From: Dicyema japonicum
Lineage: Eukaryota; Animalia; Dicyemida
Reading direction: 5' to 3'
NCBI GenBank assembly: GCA_011109175.1
Contig: RDEW01000033.1
Coordinates: forward strand, 1-64,000
DNA: 64,000 nucleotides
Under the pieces are notes generated by a model, which was not told the origin of the DNA, did not search any database, and saw nothing but the letters and a program-made list of their open reading frames with translations. Position numbers and translations under genes: made by a program. Positions 24,585 to 36,499 of this stretch are shown here, piece by piece (position 1 is the first letter of the stretch; each line of letters starts with the position of its first letter).

Positions 24585-25169
24585 ATTAACTTTTGGTTTT
24601 CTTTTTGGAATTTGTTTTATTTTATTTCTTTTAATTTTGTTATTTCTGTAATTATTATTATTTAATTTTGTTATTATTTTGCTGGTGTCGGTCTTAGACT
24701 TGAAAATAATATTTTTTCAGTAAAATTTTTTTACTGAAATCAATAATAATTTATGTAGACAGTAAACGTATTTAATAAAGTAACTTTTTAAGACAAGGTC
24801 TCCAGTATGGTCTGTAAGCATTGACCACGCAATGAGAATTACCTTAAAGAAGTCTCAACGAGGATCTACTTGAAAGCGAACTGATCCCCAATCTACGATA
24901 TTTCATTCTTTGGATCTTAAGGCAAGTAAACAAGGCGTCTTAGATAGCTCTGATGACAGTCGAGTTTAAACTCTGAAAGTTTCCAATAAACACGTAACCC
25001 GGAGCGAACTGAACCCAGTGGATCCGAGGCCGCTATTCATTAAACCCGCGATTTCATAGCTAGCTCATCCTTCTTGATACACATACTTGATCTATCTTGA
25101 AAGTTAAAAGATAATTTTTAAAAATGATTCCTACAAGCCGCATGGCGCGATGTGGCTATTATGGCTGAA

Positions 25170-26300
25170 ATTTTTTTTCTTCACCTCTGATGGCGTCATT
25201 GGATTTCTATCCACTCATCTCGCGGACAACGTCTTCTGGATCACTGTTCTTGGTTGAAGGTTCTGATGGAACACTTCAGGATCAAGGGATTAGTTAGTTA
25301 GGTTTTACTTTTGATCATGGAATAATTTTATTTTTTTATTCCGAGGACATTCTGGTAAACCTGGCTCGTCGATGACCATCCCTCTCTTCCAACGTACGTA
25401 AACCGGATGATGTAAAAGATATCCTCTGCTCCTTTTGCAACCTTTCCGATTAAATGACATTTTTGAATGTCCTGAACTTGTACCCGTTTGTCTACCTTAT
25501 CAAAGTTGACCGATCTATGAGAGCAGTCGGTGTTCGCTACGTCCTACTTAATAGTCGCTGGTCTCATACAAGTTAGTGATGCCGAGACATCAGACACGTA
25601 CTGGACTATGTCCTCGACACGGAGATCCCGTTGAGGATAAAGATTTGACTACTAGAGCATCGAACACCCTTCCATTCTCAATATCACCGCAGAAGAGAAT
25701 CACTCTCAGAATCTCTGGCATATATGCTGTTCCAATTATGGATCACATGATCAATCGACAACGAGACTTAAAAAAGATCATCTTCAGAGTATCCCTCATA
25801 TCAAGATTCCAGGCAAACCATAGGCAAAAACAATGCACCTCCATCAAACATTACATTTGTACTTTTCTTTGATGGGGACCAGTTTTTCTGGATTGTTTTC
25901 TAGCATGGATGGTATGACTGTACCTGGGCGACCATGATATTGATTTCCATCCGTCATTAAGTGGTCTTCCATAACCCTGTTGAAAGGGGTTTCTCAGTCA
26001 GTGTCAAATAACCATGTCTAACAATATCCACGTCCAAGCGTCTCGCTGAGTATTTTACGTTAGTTCACTGTTCCCTATTTTATTCGGCCATGTTACTCCG
26101 TGAATTGCTCTTAGTTGTTTTCGGTAAAAGATTTAGTTTGCATTTTTTGTTTACAAAGAGGAAACACTTTGTAGTGTCCCTTGGAACACACTAAGAAAGA
26201 GCTTCAAGGCTCCTTCGCCGTCGGATATAAAGTTAAAATCGTCATCATACGTTATTTCCGTGATTGTGTTTTCGTCATAGTTTTTATGATCATCGAGTGC
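25170..26300 (-). mobile_element. Decayed LINE APE endonuclease region
   Basis: IIGTAYMP-type motif and endonuclease-RT linker remnants in broken frames. Confidence 0.45.
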
Positions 26301-26599
26301 TCTCTCTAGACAGTCTAAACGCAACAGCGAATCGCCTTGAGGTGTTCAAAATTCGTTTCGAAGTCCGTGGTTTACAACCTCAAGCGACCACAACCCGTTA
26401 AAAGAAAGAAATTAACTCAAAAGTCTTTAAAAACACCAAAAGATCAGGGATAAAGCTAGAGTCTCGGAAAATGAGATATTAAAAGAGGTCGTCAAGAAGG
26501 GGAAATGTGATTGGCAAGGCTCACGACTTACCTAGATTAACAAAGTAATTTCTCAACGGTGTGGATAAAGATTGACATCTGAAGACCTAGAAGACGTAA

Positions 26600-26950
26600 G
26601 GAAACTCGACAAAGTTATGAAATCCTACGCATCAACAGCAGTATATTCCACATAAAACATGTGGATAGCGTTTTGAGTAAAAACTCTCTGCACGCTTGTC
26701 TGTCTAAAGGACTAAAATTATATTTAAGACATCGTCTCGTGAGAACCTTCCATATCGGACAAATATGAAGAAGATCGAGGAAATGCAAAAGAGGGCTTTC
26801 AGAGTAACGGAGCGTTTGATTTATAAAATCATCGAACCGGACCAACGCCTCAGGAGACCTTATGAGACTAGACTCCAGAATGTTGGAATGCGGCCCCGTA
26901 AATTTAGTCAACCGTCCTGTACGATCATGCGTGGGCACGAGGGAGGTACA
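26600..26950 (+). mobile_element. CR1/L2-like RT C-terminal fragment
   Basis: KKIEEMQKRAFR..PYETRLQNVG resembles the CR1 LE.VQ.RA...YEERL..LG motif. Confidence 0.45.
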
Positions 26951-27289
26951 CCGGGCAAAGATGAGGTAACTGTTAAAATGCATCTGGATCATGTGATAAT
27001 TAGTCTGGTTTTACCGTGGCTTTGGGTTGTTAAATAAATAGTAAAGACTACCAGTGCATCTCACTTCTTTCACATCCAGGGACAAATTACAAATTGATAT
27101 AGCTTATCAATAATTTAAATATCCATTTATAGGACTACAACTTCCTGTACGCCAAACAGCATTGTTTTTCTCTATTAAATAAAAAAATGAAACTACTCTG
27201 ACCGCATGAAAGATATCGATCGACCGACATTGATATACGGCCTCGAACAATAGTCGATAGAGTTTTCCTTAGAGTGGTGACTAGCACAA

Positions 27290-28800
27290 TAGGTCTTAAG
27301 CTCCCAAATGGTCACCGTCTTTTGCCCGGTTTATGAACGGGTGTTAACATTCCTGTCCCGATTGGAAGCGGGCAGTGTAATGCAAAAGCCTTGTTCAGTA
27401 TTTGTGCGAAGAAGCTACCGTGAGCGTATTTTAGTAATTCCCCTGGGACTCTATCACATCCTGCATCTCTGTTGCTGTTCATATGGTGGAATGCTTCTAG
27501 GACCTCGTTATTTCGTTTGACAACCTCCACAGATGCCCAATAAATGTGGGTGGGTAAATATCATCTGTTTGGAATTGTTTCTGAAAATAGTCGGCAACTC
27601 GTGAGGCTTTGTCCCCATCATTCAATATTAAATGTTCGATTCATCCCATATCGATATTTTAGAATTTCGGGAACCCCGGTTAAGCAACCGCACAGCCACA
27701 AACACTTGACTTTCATGTGAGAGCTTTCAATTTCGGTAACCTTCTCGCCTAAGTATTTTGTCCATAATAGACGTGCCCGAGCTCTTATTTCATGAAGGAT
27801 TCTGTTTCGTTGATACTTTAGTTCTCTTTTGGTGTTCAGACAGCAATTTTCAATCATCAGGCGGATGTTTCTTTGGCGCTCTGACATTTCCCTTAGTTTT
27901 GAATCATAAAATGCGTAGTTGTTGTTCGAGCTGTTACTTCTGTAGCCGATAGTATCCGTCGCGGCCTGTTTAGCGGCCTCGACCAACTTTTTCAAAAGAA
28001 TGTTTGGTCTTTCTTCCATATTTAGTTGTGATGTATGTTGTTCGATGTTGTCTTAAAATTTTCTCCGTTTCACGATGTTGTTTATAAATTCCTCTGTAGC
28101 TTGTCTTCGATGTTTAATGTTAGCTGGATTGCTCTGGGCAATGTTACCAAATAGTTTCCGTATGCATATCCGAGCCACCGTTATTCTATAATCATTACTT
28201 GCTACAGCTCCTCCATATGAGCGTAAGTCCACGAGCAAGTTTTTATGTGCATTCTGACATAATATATAATTTATTTGATCGTATATTGTAATCTTTCGGC
28301 CTTTTCTGTGGCCAGTCCATGTCGTCTTATCCTGACTGGATGTTGAAAGGTCGTATTGCAGAGATAAAGACCAAAAATCAGACAAAATTCAATTAGAGAC
28401 TCTCCGAAAGTTCGTCAAATTCATCAGAGGTAACCAATATTCTGCCGGTATGGGGTACATATACGCTGATGATAGTTAACAGTTTATTCCTTGTCGATTT
28501 TAGTTTGATTTGAAGATCATTAACACTCCGCACTTTGAACTCTCGCTTTCTCAACGAAGCTCGGATAGCAAATCCCAGTCCATAGTGTCGTCATCCAGAC
28601 GGTAGTAACATTAGGTGGTATTTTCCATAAACTTCATCGTGTCCTCCTGCAACTTTTGTCTCAGCAGACAGCATACATCAACTCCGTAAGGTCTAGGTCC
28701 TCGCACAGAATGTTCCGTTCCGAGCTCGCTGATAGTCCTCTAACATTAAATGAAGCGACAGTAAAAGTGGATCGAATAAAACATGCTTGAGGCATAGCTA
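27290..28800 (-). mobile_element. RTE-clade LINE (endonuclease, linker, RT start)
   Basis: TTWTG..NQINYI, SYGGAV.SND, NRDAGCDRVPGELLKY and LTPVHKPGK. Homologous to 21230-22620. Confidence 0.75.
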
Positions 28801-29329
28801 GAGAAACACGTCACCATCAAAACCAAAACGCGGAGGTTTTTGATTATAGTGTTAAAAAATATACATATTTACTTTTAGGAAAGTGTCTATTTTAGGAATT
28901 AAATTCCCATAAAAATTTTAAGCACATAAATTACAGTAAATTAAAATGAAATAAATCTAATCAAAGTAAGTATTACTTCACAAGATTGTCTCAAGTTGAC
29001 GACGCGAAGTGTCACATTCTTGAAGAAAAGCTCTCACTTCTCTACCGTGGAATTGAGTCTTTTCAAAATTCAAGAATAAGTTTTCGAAGAGAATACTAGG
29101 ATCTAGTCATATTAAGAAAACTCTTAGAAGTAAGGTGGACGAGCACAAGCACGGAATTAAGGTCCCTAATGAAGAATTCACCTCTGCTTTAATCCAACTA
29201 GTAGAACTGACACGTGTTAATTGTCAGGATATCCAAATGGATGCTAGAAGAAGAGAAATGAATGATTCGAATGTGGAGAGAGGGGATAGGATGAGTTAAT
29301 TTTATTTATTTTATTAACCCCGAAATCAC

Positions 29330-29580
29330 GAGAAAGAGGATAAAAGTTATCGTCTAATGATCCCGGTGTCCATACCAGTCCTTTTCATGCGGTTAGTCCA
29401 TATATAGCTTGATGTGCGGCCCGAGGGGATGGTCAGGGGACTGCCATCTTGAGGAAGTCCCGGTGACGTTCCGTAAGGTTTCCATGATTGAGGGGACGGT
29501 TAGTGTTCTTCGTAGCAACGAGGATGAGTTAATGGTAAACTAGAGGGGAGCAATTGCCAATGATTTGGATGGTTAGCTAC
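29330..29580 (-). mobile_element. LINE family A 3' end
   Basis: Closely similar to 51075-51340. Ends in TTCTCGTGATTTCGGGGTTAATAA. Confidence 0.7.
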
Positions 29581-29654
29581 AATAATATTAAGTTAGGTTA
29601 TGATAAATTAATAAAATGTTAAAAAATATATATAAAATTTAATTTATATTTGCA

Positions 29655-30728
29655 ATGGAACCTGGTCTTGGTAATGTTATTCAGCAAACCTCTTTAAGAT
29701 GGATTTTTGTTGGTGGAAAGGGTGGAGTAGGAAAGACCACTACGAGGTATCTCTTTCTAAACTCATCAAATAGCTGTTCATTGGCGATTGAACTAGCAAA
29801 GGTGAGATCCAGCGTTTTATTGGTTTCGACTGACCCAGCTCATAACCTAAGCGATGCATTCGACCAAAAGTTCTCACGTCAACCATCACTAATAAATGGA
29901 TTTCAAAATCTCTTCGCCATGGTTATTTAATCATTTATATTATACAGGAAATTGATCCCTCCTTTGTAAACTTTGAGGTTTCTGAGGGACTTTTTGATGA
30001 CAACGTCAATAACACTGACTCGATGCGTGAAATAATATCCGTTCTTCCAGGAATTGACGAAATTATGAGCTACATTGAGTCCATGAAGTATTTCCCTTTT
30101 AACCACAAGTCTCGTCTCTAACCAAACCTTCTCTGTAGTTGTCTTTGATACTGCCCCCACTGGCCATACTGTTCGATTTCTTAGTCTTCCCAGTGTTCTG
30201 GAGAAAAATGTGGCCAAAATCGTCCGACTTAAGCGAATGTTGTCCCCAATTTTGACTCAGGTCTGAAAGTCTAAGGATTTTTAGTTTTCAGGACTGTTGG
30301 GCACGGATAGCTCTTCTTGAGTTCTTTTTTTGACAAGCTGTCCTCTTATGGAGAGCTTATTTCGAGTCTGAACAGGGAATTTAAGAATCCAACCAAAACT
30401 ACGTTCATTTGCGTGTGTATAGCTGAATTCCTGTCAGTTTACGAAACAGAGAGATTGGTCACATTCCTGATGGGTTTAGTTCTGTATTACTGTAGAGTCT
30501 GAAATTGATGTCAGGAATGTGGTGGTGAATCAACTTATGCCGAACTTTCAGAGCAACTGTCCAGTCTGTGAGAGTCGGATGACATTGCAGAGTGATTATA
30601 TGAACAAAATAAACATGCTTTACTCCGAGTTTCACATAACGAGAGTACTTCAGCAGAGTGGGGAAGTAAGGGGGACTGATGTTCTTAAAATGTTCTCCCC
30701 TAAGTTGATTGACTGCCCTGACATTTGA
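29655..30728 (+). CDS. ASNA1: GET3/ASNA1 (TRC40) tail-anchored protein targeting ATPase
   Basis: [57 protein letters not shown] and CPVCESR (CxxC). Introns 29747-29773, 29922-29947, 30088-30109, 30261-30284 and 30474-30495. One apparent -1 indel near 30317. Confidence 0.95.
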
Positions 30729-31279
30729 GTTAAATTTTTGAGTTTTATTTATTTTTCTGTTTTATTTTTCTTTACGGATGATTTGTTTTTGAGTCACATG
30801 TAGTAGGGGGATGTCGCAAAACGGCTTGTGGACTCTCCGGAGTGACTATAGTTACGAATAGCGTCTCGAAATGGTAATCGTCATGCAGGTACCCACTATA
30901 TCAACTGGAGTACTTATATGACTTGTTTCCTTTTATAATAAATAATCTTGTTTGTGTGATTCTATGGTAGTTATGGTAATAGTATATGTGATTTTTATAA
31001 CACTGATAAGATCTTCACCACCACTCATTGTTCGGTCGATCCGTATAGAGTTATAACCACGGAAGGGAGGACCCTCGACTCTCTAAATTAAGGGTTTTGA
31101 CTTTTGAAAGACAGCCGTAGATAATGTGCTTTTCCTAAAAGAGGGTAGTTTGATAATCTTCCCTTTGATTTCATTTACGTTCAGCTGTAGAACCGAGATA
31201 GGTCTCTTCTTGTTCTATTGGCAATGGTCGGAATGTGTCTCCAAGAAAAGAGATTGACTCCCTATGGAACAGAGTGTTC

Positions 31280-31640
31280 TACTGGGATTTTTACTAATAT
31301 TAAAAGGAGGAAGTACCGCGGTATTGTAGGGTCCGCTTTAATACAGTAAACTGTAGATAAGCCTGAAGCTTCTTATCTCCCCCTAACTGCTTCAGATAAC
31401 CCTTTTGGTACTTTGTTGCAATTCCTTCTCACGTCATTACTATTGGAATAACGAGGACCTTGCAACTAAGCATCTGCTTCATCTCGTTTGCAAGCAAGTC
31501 ATACTTCCTTTTTTTCTCTACCTCCACAGTTTGCAAACGGTCTTGAGACTTAATGCCAACCTCTATGATAAGAACTTGACCAGACTCCTTATCATGTACC
31601 ACAATGTCCGGTTTATTGTGCTTGACTAGCACCGAGGTGC
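31280..31640 (-). mobile_element. R4/NeSL-like RLE endonuclease 3' fragment
   Basis: HNKPDIVVHDK..VLIIEVGI..EVEKKRKYDLLANE..VIPIVMT(W)EG, the PD-(D/E)xK REL motif. Distinct from the CRE copies. Confidence 0.75.
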
Positions 31641-32657
31641 GGATAACTTTAACTCAAATTAAAATACACCGTTATCCACAGAAACAATTGCGACTAAAAC
31701 TAATAAGATTTCTTGCAATGTGACGATTAAAATAGCTCTTGCAATTTCGATCTGAGTAGATAAGTCATGTGATATTAAGGATACGACGACTCAGGTTTTT
31801 ATGAACTTAATATTATATTAGGTGCCCTTATTATACGTTATGTTTCTCGAGACTTGCTTAGAGAAGAACTTTTGGCATTATTTATGCTAAAGGGTCAAAC
31901 CCGTGTAGAGGACATTGCCGGTGCCTTACTTTAATACGTGGAAACGAATCATATTCCAATGAATAAGATCGTATCAATTTCAACCGAAGGTACCCAAACA
32001 TGCTGGGATCGAGAAAGAGGTTTGTCTTACTTTTTAAAAAGAAAATTGACCATGACCTGATTACATTGCATTATCCACCAGGAAACACTTTGTGCACAAA
32101 CATTTAAAGAAGGAATTTTAAAAGTTATGGAATTGATATGAAGATCACCAACTTCATTATATCAAAGATAACAACATTCAATTTATCAGAGGGACTTAAC
32201 CATCGATTGTTTAAAAACTTACTACATGAAAAAGACAGTGAGTATCCAGTATAACAAAGTTCGATGGCTCTCCGGGGGCATGTTCTGAAGCGCTTTTCAT
32301 CTTGCATGCAGGAAATAAGACTTTTCCTCCAGAACAATAATGCCCAATATCCAGAATTTACTCACCATCACTGGTTGCAAAAATTCTACTTTATGGTGAC
32401 ATCTGAGCTCAACCTTCTAAATTACAAATTGCAAGGATATAGAAATATAGCATTTTCGATATTTGAAGAAATTATTTTATTCCAAAAGAAATTGTCTATG
32501 TTTGAAGAGGACTTAAAAATGACACTACTCCATTACCCCAACTTGTGTTTTTATTGTAGAGCAAGGGGTATCGTTATCGATCATGATTATTTTGAGAAAG
32601 TGATTTTATATATGATAGAAGTATTTCAAAAAAGATGTAAATGAAATAATTAATTAT

Positions 32658-33721
32658 TGTCGTATGTCATAATAACCGGCGTTGATACTGTCCGGGTTGA
32701 TAAGACAAATCTATCACTTGAAAACATTAACAACCACTAAGTTTCGTTTCAAGAGAAACAAAATAGAGAGAAGTTAAATCCCCTAGGAAATTAGAAAAGT
32801 AAAATCCCGGAGTATAGTAGAGATGTTAAATCCCCAAGGAAAAGAACCGACATATAAGGTTACTTTTTTCAATAAGTCAATCCAATTATTAGATTTGGAT
32901 TGAAATAGAGTTTTCGCTAACCAACGCTTTAGCGTTTGATTATAGCGTTCCACCTGCCCTTGTGATTGAGGGTGTTTTGGTCTTCCATGAATCGTCTTTA
33001 TCCCCCAATCACATAATAACGCTGAAACTTCAGAGTTACAAAACTCTTTTCCATTATCCGTGTGTAAGGTTTCAGGCGGTACAACTGAGTAAAACAAGTC
33101 CTCAGAAGAATTTCTCATATTTTGTAAATTTTTACTAATTAAGAGAAATTATAAAGCAAATTATGAGTAACAATCAATTACATTCAGACTCAATTTATAT
33201 TCTTTATTATTGGAAGAATATCTCCGAAGATCTATACAATCCGCCATGAATCCTTCGAATTTATGTGAAACGGTAATCATTTGAATATCTTCGCATGTCT
33301 TTAGACTGTTGAAATGGTTGCAAAAATCACAAGTTGATATAAAATGGCGAATAACTTTTTGATTTATACCAATATATTTTTCGCAAATTAATTAAAAAAA
33401 TTTAATTTTGTAAAATATTTTGTTTTTTGATGGAAAAAAAATTGATCTTTTGACCTCTTCTATTTTCGACCCTTTTCACGCTTAATCGCTTTATTGAATC
33501 GAAATAAATTTTTTTTTGTTTTTTGATGGAAAAAGGACCGATCCTTCGACCTCTTCTATTTTCGAACCTTTTCACGCTTAATCACTTTATTGACTCAAAA
33601 TAAATGTTTTTTTTGTTTTTTGATGGAAAAAGGGACCGATCTTTCGAAGCAAATCTTAGTGGTTGTTAATTTTTCAAGTGATAAATTTGTCTTATCAACC
33701 CGGACGCTATGACATACGACA
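32658..33721 (-). mobile_element. Ginger2/TDD-like integrase DNA transposon, internally deleted
   Basis: TGT...ACA termini, long TIRs (TGTCGTATGTCATA..GTCCGGGTTGATAAGACAAAT..) and a 5-bp TSD ATTAT. Integrase core ADCIDL, LHTDNGKEF, GRPKHPQSQGQVERYNQTLK. Confidence 0.82.
33421..33648. repeat. Subterminal tandem repeat, about 96-97 bp unit, about 2.4 copies
   Basis: TGTTTTTTGATGGAAAAA recurs at 33421, 33517 and 33614. Confidence 0.85.
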
Positions 33722-34084
33722 ATTATTAATAAAAGAGAAAAGACAGTTGTGTTAAATCCTCATAACTCTAAAATGAGTAATTTATACATCTTGCTGAGGA
33801 ATTAGCAGAACTAGAAAAGGACAAATATTCTCTGAATTTCGAAAACAAATATATTAAAAAAATACTTGATAAACCAGAAACTATTATTTTTAGGATTTGG
33901 TTTAGTCTTCCTGATTCATTCATGGATTGAAAAAATTGGCATTTTGTGTCATCACGATATTCGGGTCTACTTATTTGTGCGAGCAAGCGTTTTCACATAT
34001 GAATTTGATCAAATCAAAATTAAGGAGTCAAATTGCTTATGCAAATTTGGAATCTTGTCTCAAGTTAAAAATTTTATTTATTTA

Positions 34085-35440
34085 TTTATTTTAATAACCC
34101 CGGGAACACCGAGAAAGAAAGACAAAAGAGTCAGACAGTTAGGTGATCCCAGTCCTCGCAATCACTTGTGCCATTCGACGTCTGTGATCCTCCATCGTCC
34201 CCACTACTTTCCGGAAGAGCCTTCTCTCGGTCTTGCAGAGGAATCCGATCGGGGAGGGGAATTTCTTATCCAATCGGTTTTCTCTTGCCATGGGAAGGAT
34301 TAGGCGAAGCGGATTTCCATCTTCCTCACAGAGGCGAAGAAATCCGGAGCCACGACTACGGATCTTAGCTTCCATGAGTAGTGGGTCGACTGTTGATCCA
34401 TTACGTGGGGAAAGCATACTGATTGTTTTCCGGTATATCGAGTTGATTCTTTGGACCAAAGACTCCGATAGCCCGAATCTCCATGCAACGGAGGCATACT
34501 CAATGGCAGGCGCGATTGTTTGTTGGTAGAGTGTAGAAACGGAAAAGTCCATGTTCCTCGTGGTCCTCCGAACAAGGGCGCGTATAACGTTAACTTTCTG
34601 GAGGCCCCTGGTGATCATGTCTGTTGCGTGGGAGTTGAATTTGAGAAGGCTGTCGTACTTGACTCCAAGGACAATGGGGGACTTTGTCACTGGAATCCTA
34701 GTGGGACCAATGAAAAGACTCGGTTCATCCTTGGAACGACGGTCCGACGTGAATGTGGAACAGATAGACTTGGTTGCAGAAATCGTTAGTCGATTGCCAG
34801 CAATCCAATCGTGGAGAATGTTCAATTTTGTCTGAGTTTTAAGGGATGCGACTTGCGTCGAGCGGTTCCGTATTGCAATGACTACGTCGTCTGCGTAGGA
34901 TAATAACAGGGAATCTTCGTCTCCATCATTAGGTAGGTCGTGTAGGAAAAGGTTGAATAGAATTGGTGAAAGTGGAGACCCCTGGGGTACCCCGTTCGGT
35001 AGTAATCGTGATCTAGATCTGAGATCACCACTGACTACTCTTCCACGTCTTCCAGACAAAAAGTTGGCCAGCCATAATTTCACATTCGGACGAATATTAG
35101 TAGAAAAAATTTTTCCAACCAAGATTTTCCTCGAAACAGTGTCAAAGGCTTTGTTGATGTCAATAGAAACCAAGATTGTGCGTTTGTGAGGCGGAGGATG
35201 GGTGTTAAAACCGTCGGCAATGAACTGCGATAAAGTTGCCAAGTATGTAGCGGTGGACCTACCGCGGAGGAAACCATGTTGAAATATAGGACGCGGAACA
35301 TACGGAATAATGACTGATAATACAAGTTTCTCCATAATTTTTGACAGTGTGCTGGTAACGGAAATAGGCCTGTAGGATGCAGGTTCTGTTTCTGGTTTCC
35401 CAGCCTTCAATATCGGTTTAAAAATGTCAAGCTACAACCC
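34085..35440 (-). mobile_element. I/Jockey-group LINE, intact 423-aa RT frame, 5'-truncated
   Basis: SYRPISVTS, FQHGFLRGRST, DINKAFDTV, GVPQGSPLSPILF, LSYADD and VLGVKYD. Family A 3' tail at about 34094-34116. Confidence 0.95.
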
Positions 35441-35524
35441 AGACATTACACTATTGGCGAAGGAAATGTAGTCAATTATCTCATTAATTAGATTAAATAT
35501 GATTTTATTATTTTTTTTATTTTA

Positions 35525-35585
35525 AAAGGTGGCTCTTACCAAAAAACCAAAAATTGGCTCTTTAGCTTAAAAGGTTGCCAAGTTG
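35525..35585 (+). mobile_element. hAT right-end remnant, probably of the 31690-34075 element
   Basis: GGCTCTT..GGCTCTTTAGCTTAAAAGGTTGCC resembles Buster/SPIN-type right ends. Confidence 0.4.
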
Positions 35586-35599
35586 ATCGGGCAGTTGTA

Positions 35600-35712
35600 G
35601 GACTCTGGAAAGGAGAGCCTAGAATGACACGACGACTCTCGATCATGAAGGGTAACTCCATTGCGTGTTCAGTACCTGTTGGTCATAATGGATACCTTGT
35701 CCTGAAAATTGA
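35600..35712 (+). mobile_element. CRE-like 3' end fragment
   Basis: LSIMKGNSIA, plus a 3' sequence CATAATG..ACCTTGTCCTGAAAATTGA shared with 45470-45545. Confidence 0.45.
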
Positions 35713-35889
35713 TCAACGATTCCCGAAAATATTTTCAATTTTATTTTCCCGAATACGTCGATGAAAATTAGTGAACAATAAATTAAACACGGCCACGACT
35801 TCGATAGAATCATACCTTGAAAATAACAAAAATTGTTACTGACTTTTACAAGGACAAATACTTTTATCACTACGTAAGAAATGGGAGGC

Positions 35890-36350
35890 ATTCACATGAG
35901 GAATTAGCAGTTGAGAGGACTTCCTTTTGATATTTTCTATAAGGGATACCACTAGTTGATTACTCAGAAGTTGAGGAAGTGATGTACTTCTATAGCGCGG
36001 CGTCATGCGGTTCATCAGCTCTTTAAGTTATGGTGATGCATATAAGGCATCTAGAAAGAGGAGCGTTCACTACACTCCACCGGGAGACAATCTTTTCCTC
36101 CAAGTCGAGAGACACATTTTGAAACTTTGACATCCATAAAACCTAGTAACTCTTACGAAAGAAATAAATCAGGCACCAGCTGTCAAAAACAAAGAGCATT
36201 GCCAAGACGTTCGCGGAACTACCGCCGCTCATAAGATCCCTCAGCCTGAACAAGATTGCGCATCCAATCTCTGAGAGAACATCTCCGGTGATAGGCCTGG
36301 CCACATCCAAAGTCTCAAATGTAATTGGAACGAAACAGAAATGTCCCCAA
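35890..36350 (-). mobile_element. CRE-clade remnant
   Basis: FVPITFETL..PITGDVLSEIG..RERLGNA resembles the CRE C-terminus. Confidence 0.5.
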
Positions 36351-36499
36351 GTACAGAATATTTGGTCATCTTCCTTTGTTTAGCAGAGGCAGTGTTTGTA
36401 CTTAATATATTCTTCATGGAAAGGTATCACACAAGTAACATCCCCATATGAGAAAATGTCCTTTTGCAAATGAGAAGATTGTCATTTTGTTATCTCTTT

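Larger units (their letters stand above)
31690..34075 (+). mobile_element. hAT transposase, SPIN/GTF2IRD2-like, split by a Ginger-like insertion
   Basis: DKSCDIKDT, EELLAL..LKGQTR, IVSISTEG and RGHVLKRF..LNLLNYKLQG before 32657. FGSTYLCEQAFSHMNLIKSKLRS (dimerisation domain) resumes after 33722. Confidence 0.82.

Noticed and set aside
29655-30728. Bacterial ArsA arsenite-pump ATPase or horizontal transfer
   Set aside because: Single-domain protein with spliceosomal introns, a CxxC motif and the GET3-type insert, so it is ordinary eukaryotic GET3.
33421-33648. CRISPR-like array
   Set aside because: The units are near-identical throughout with no unique spacers, there are no cas genes, and the context is eukaryotic TE DNA.
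34168-35189. Multiple plus-strand ORFs antisense to the LINE RT (likewise 6899-7378, 19679-19873, 56427-56850)
   Set aside because: Shadow ORFs from the higher GC of TE coding sequence, with no recognisable motifs.
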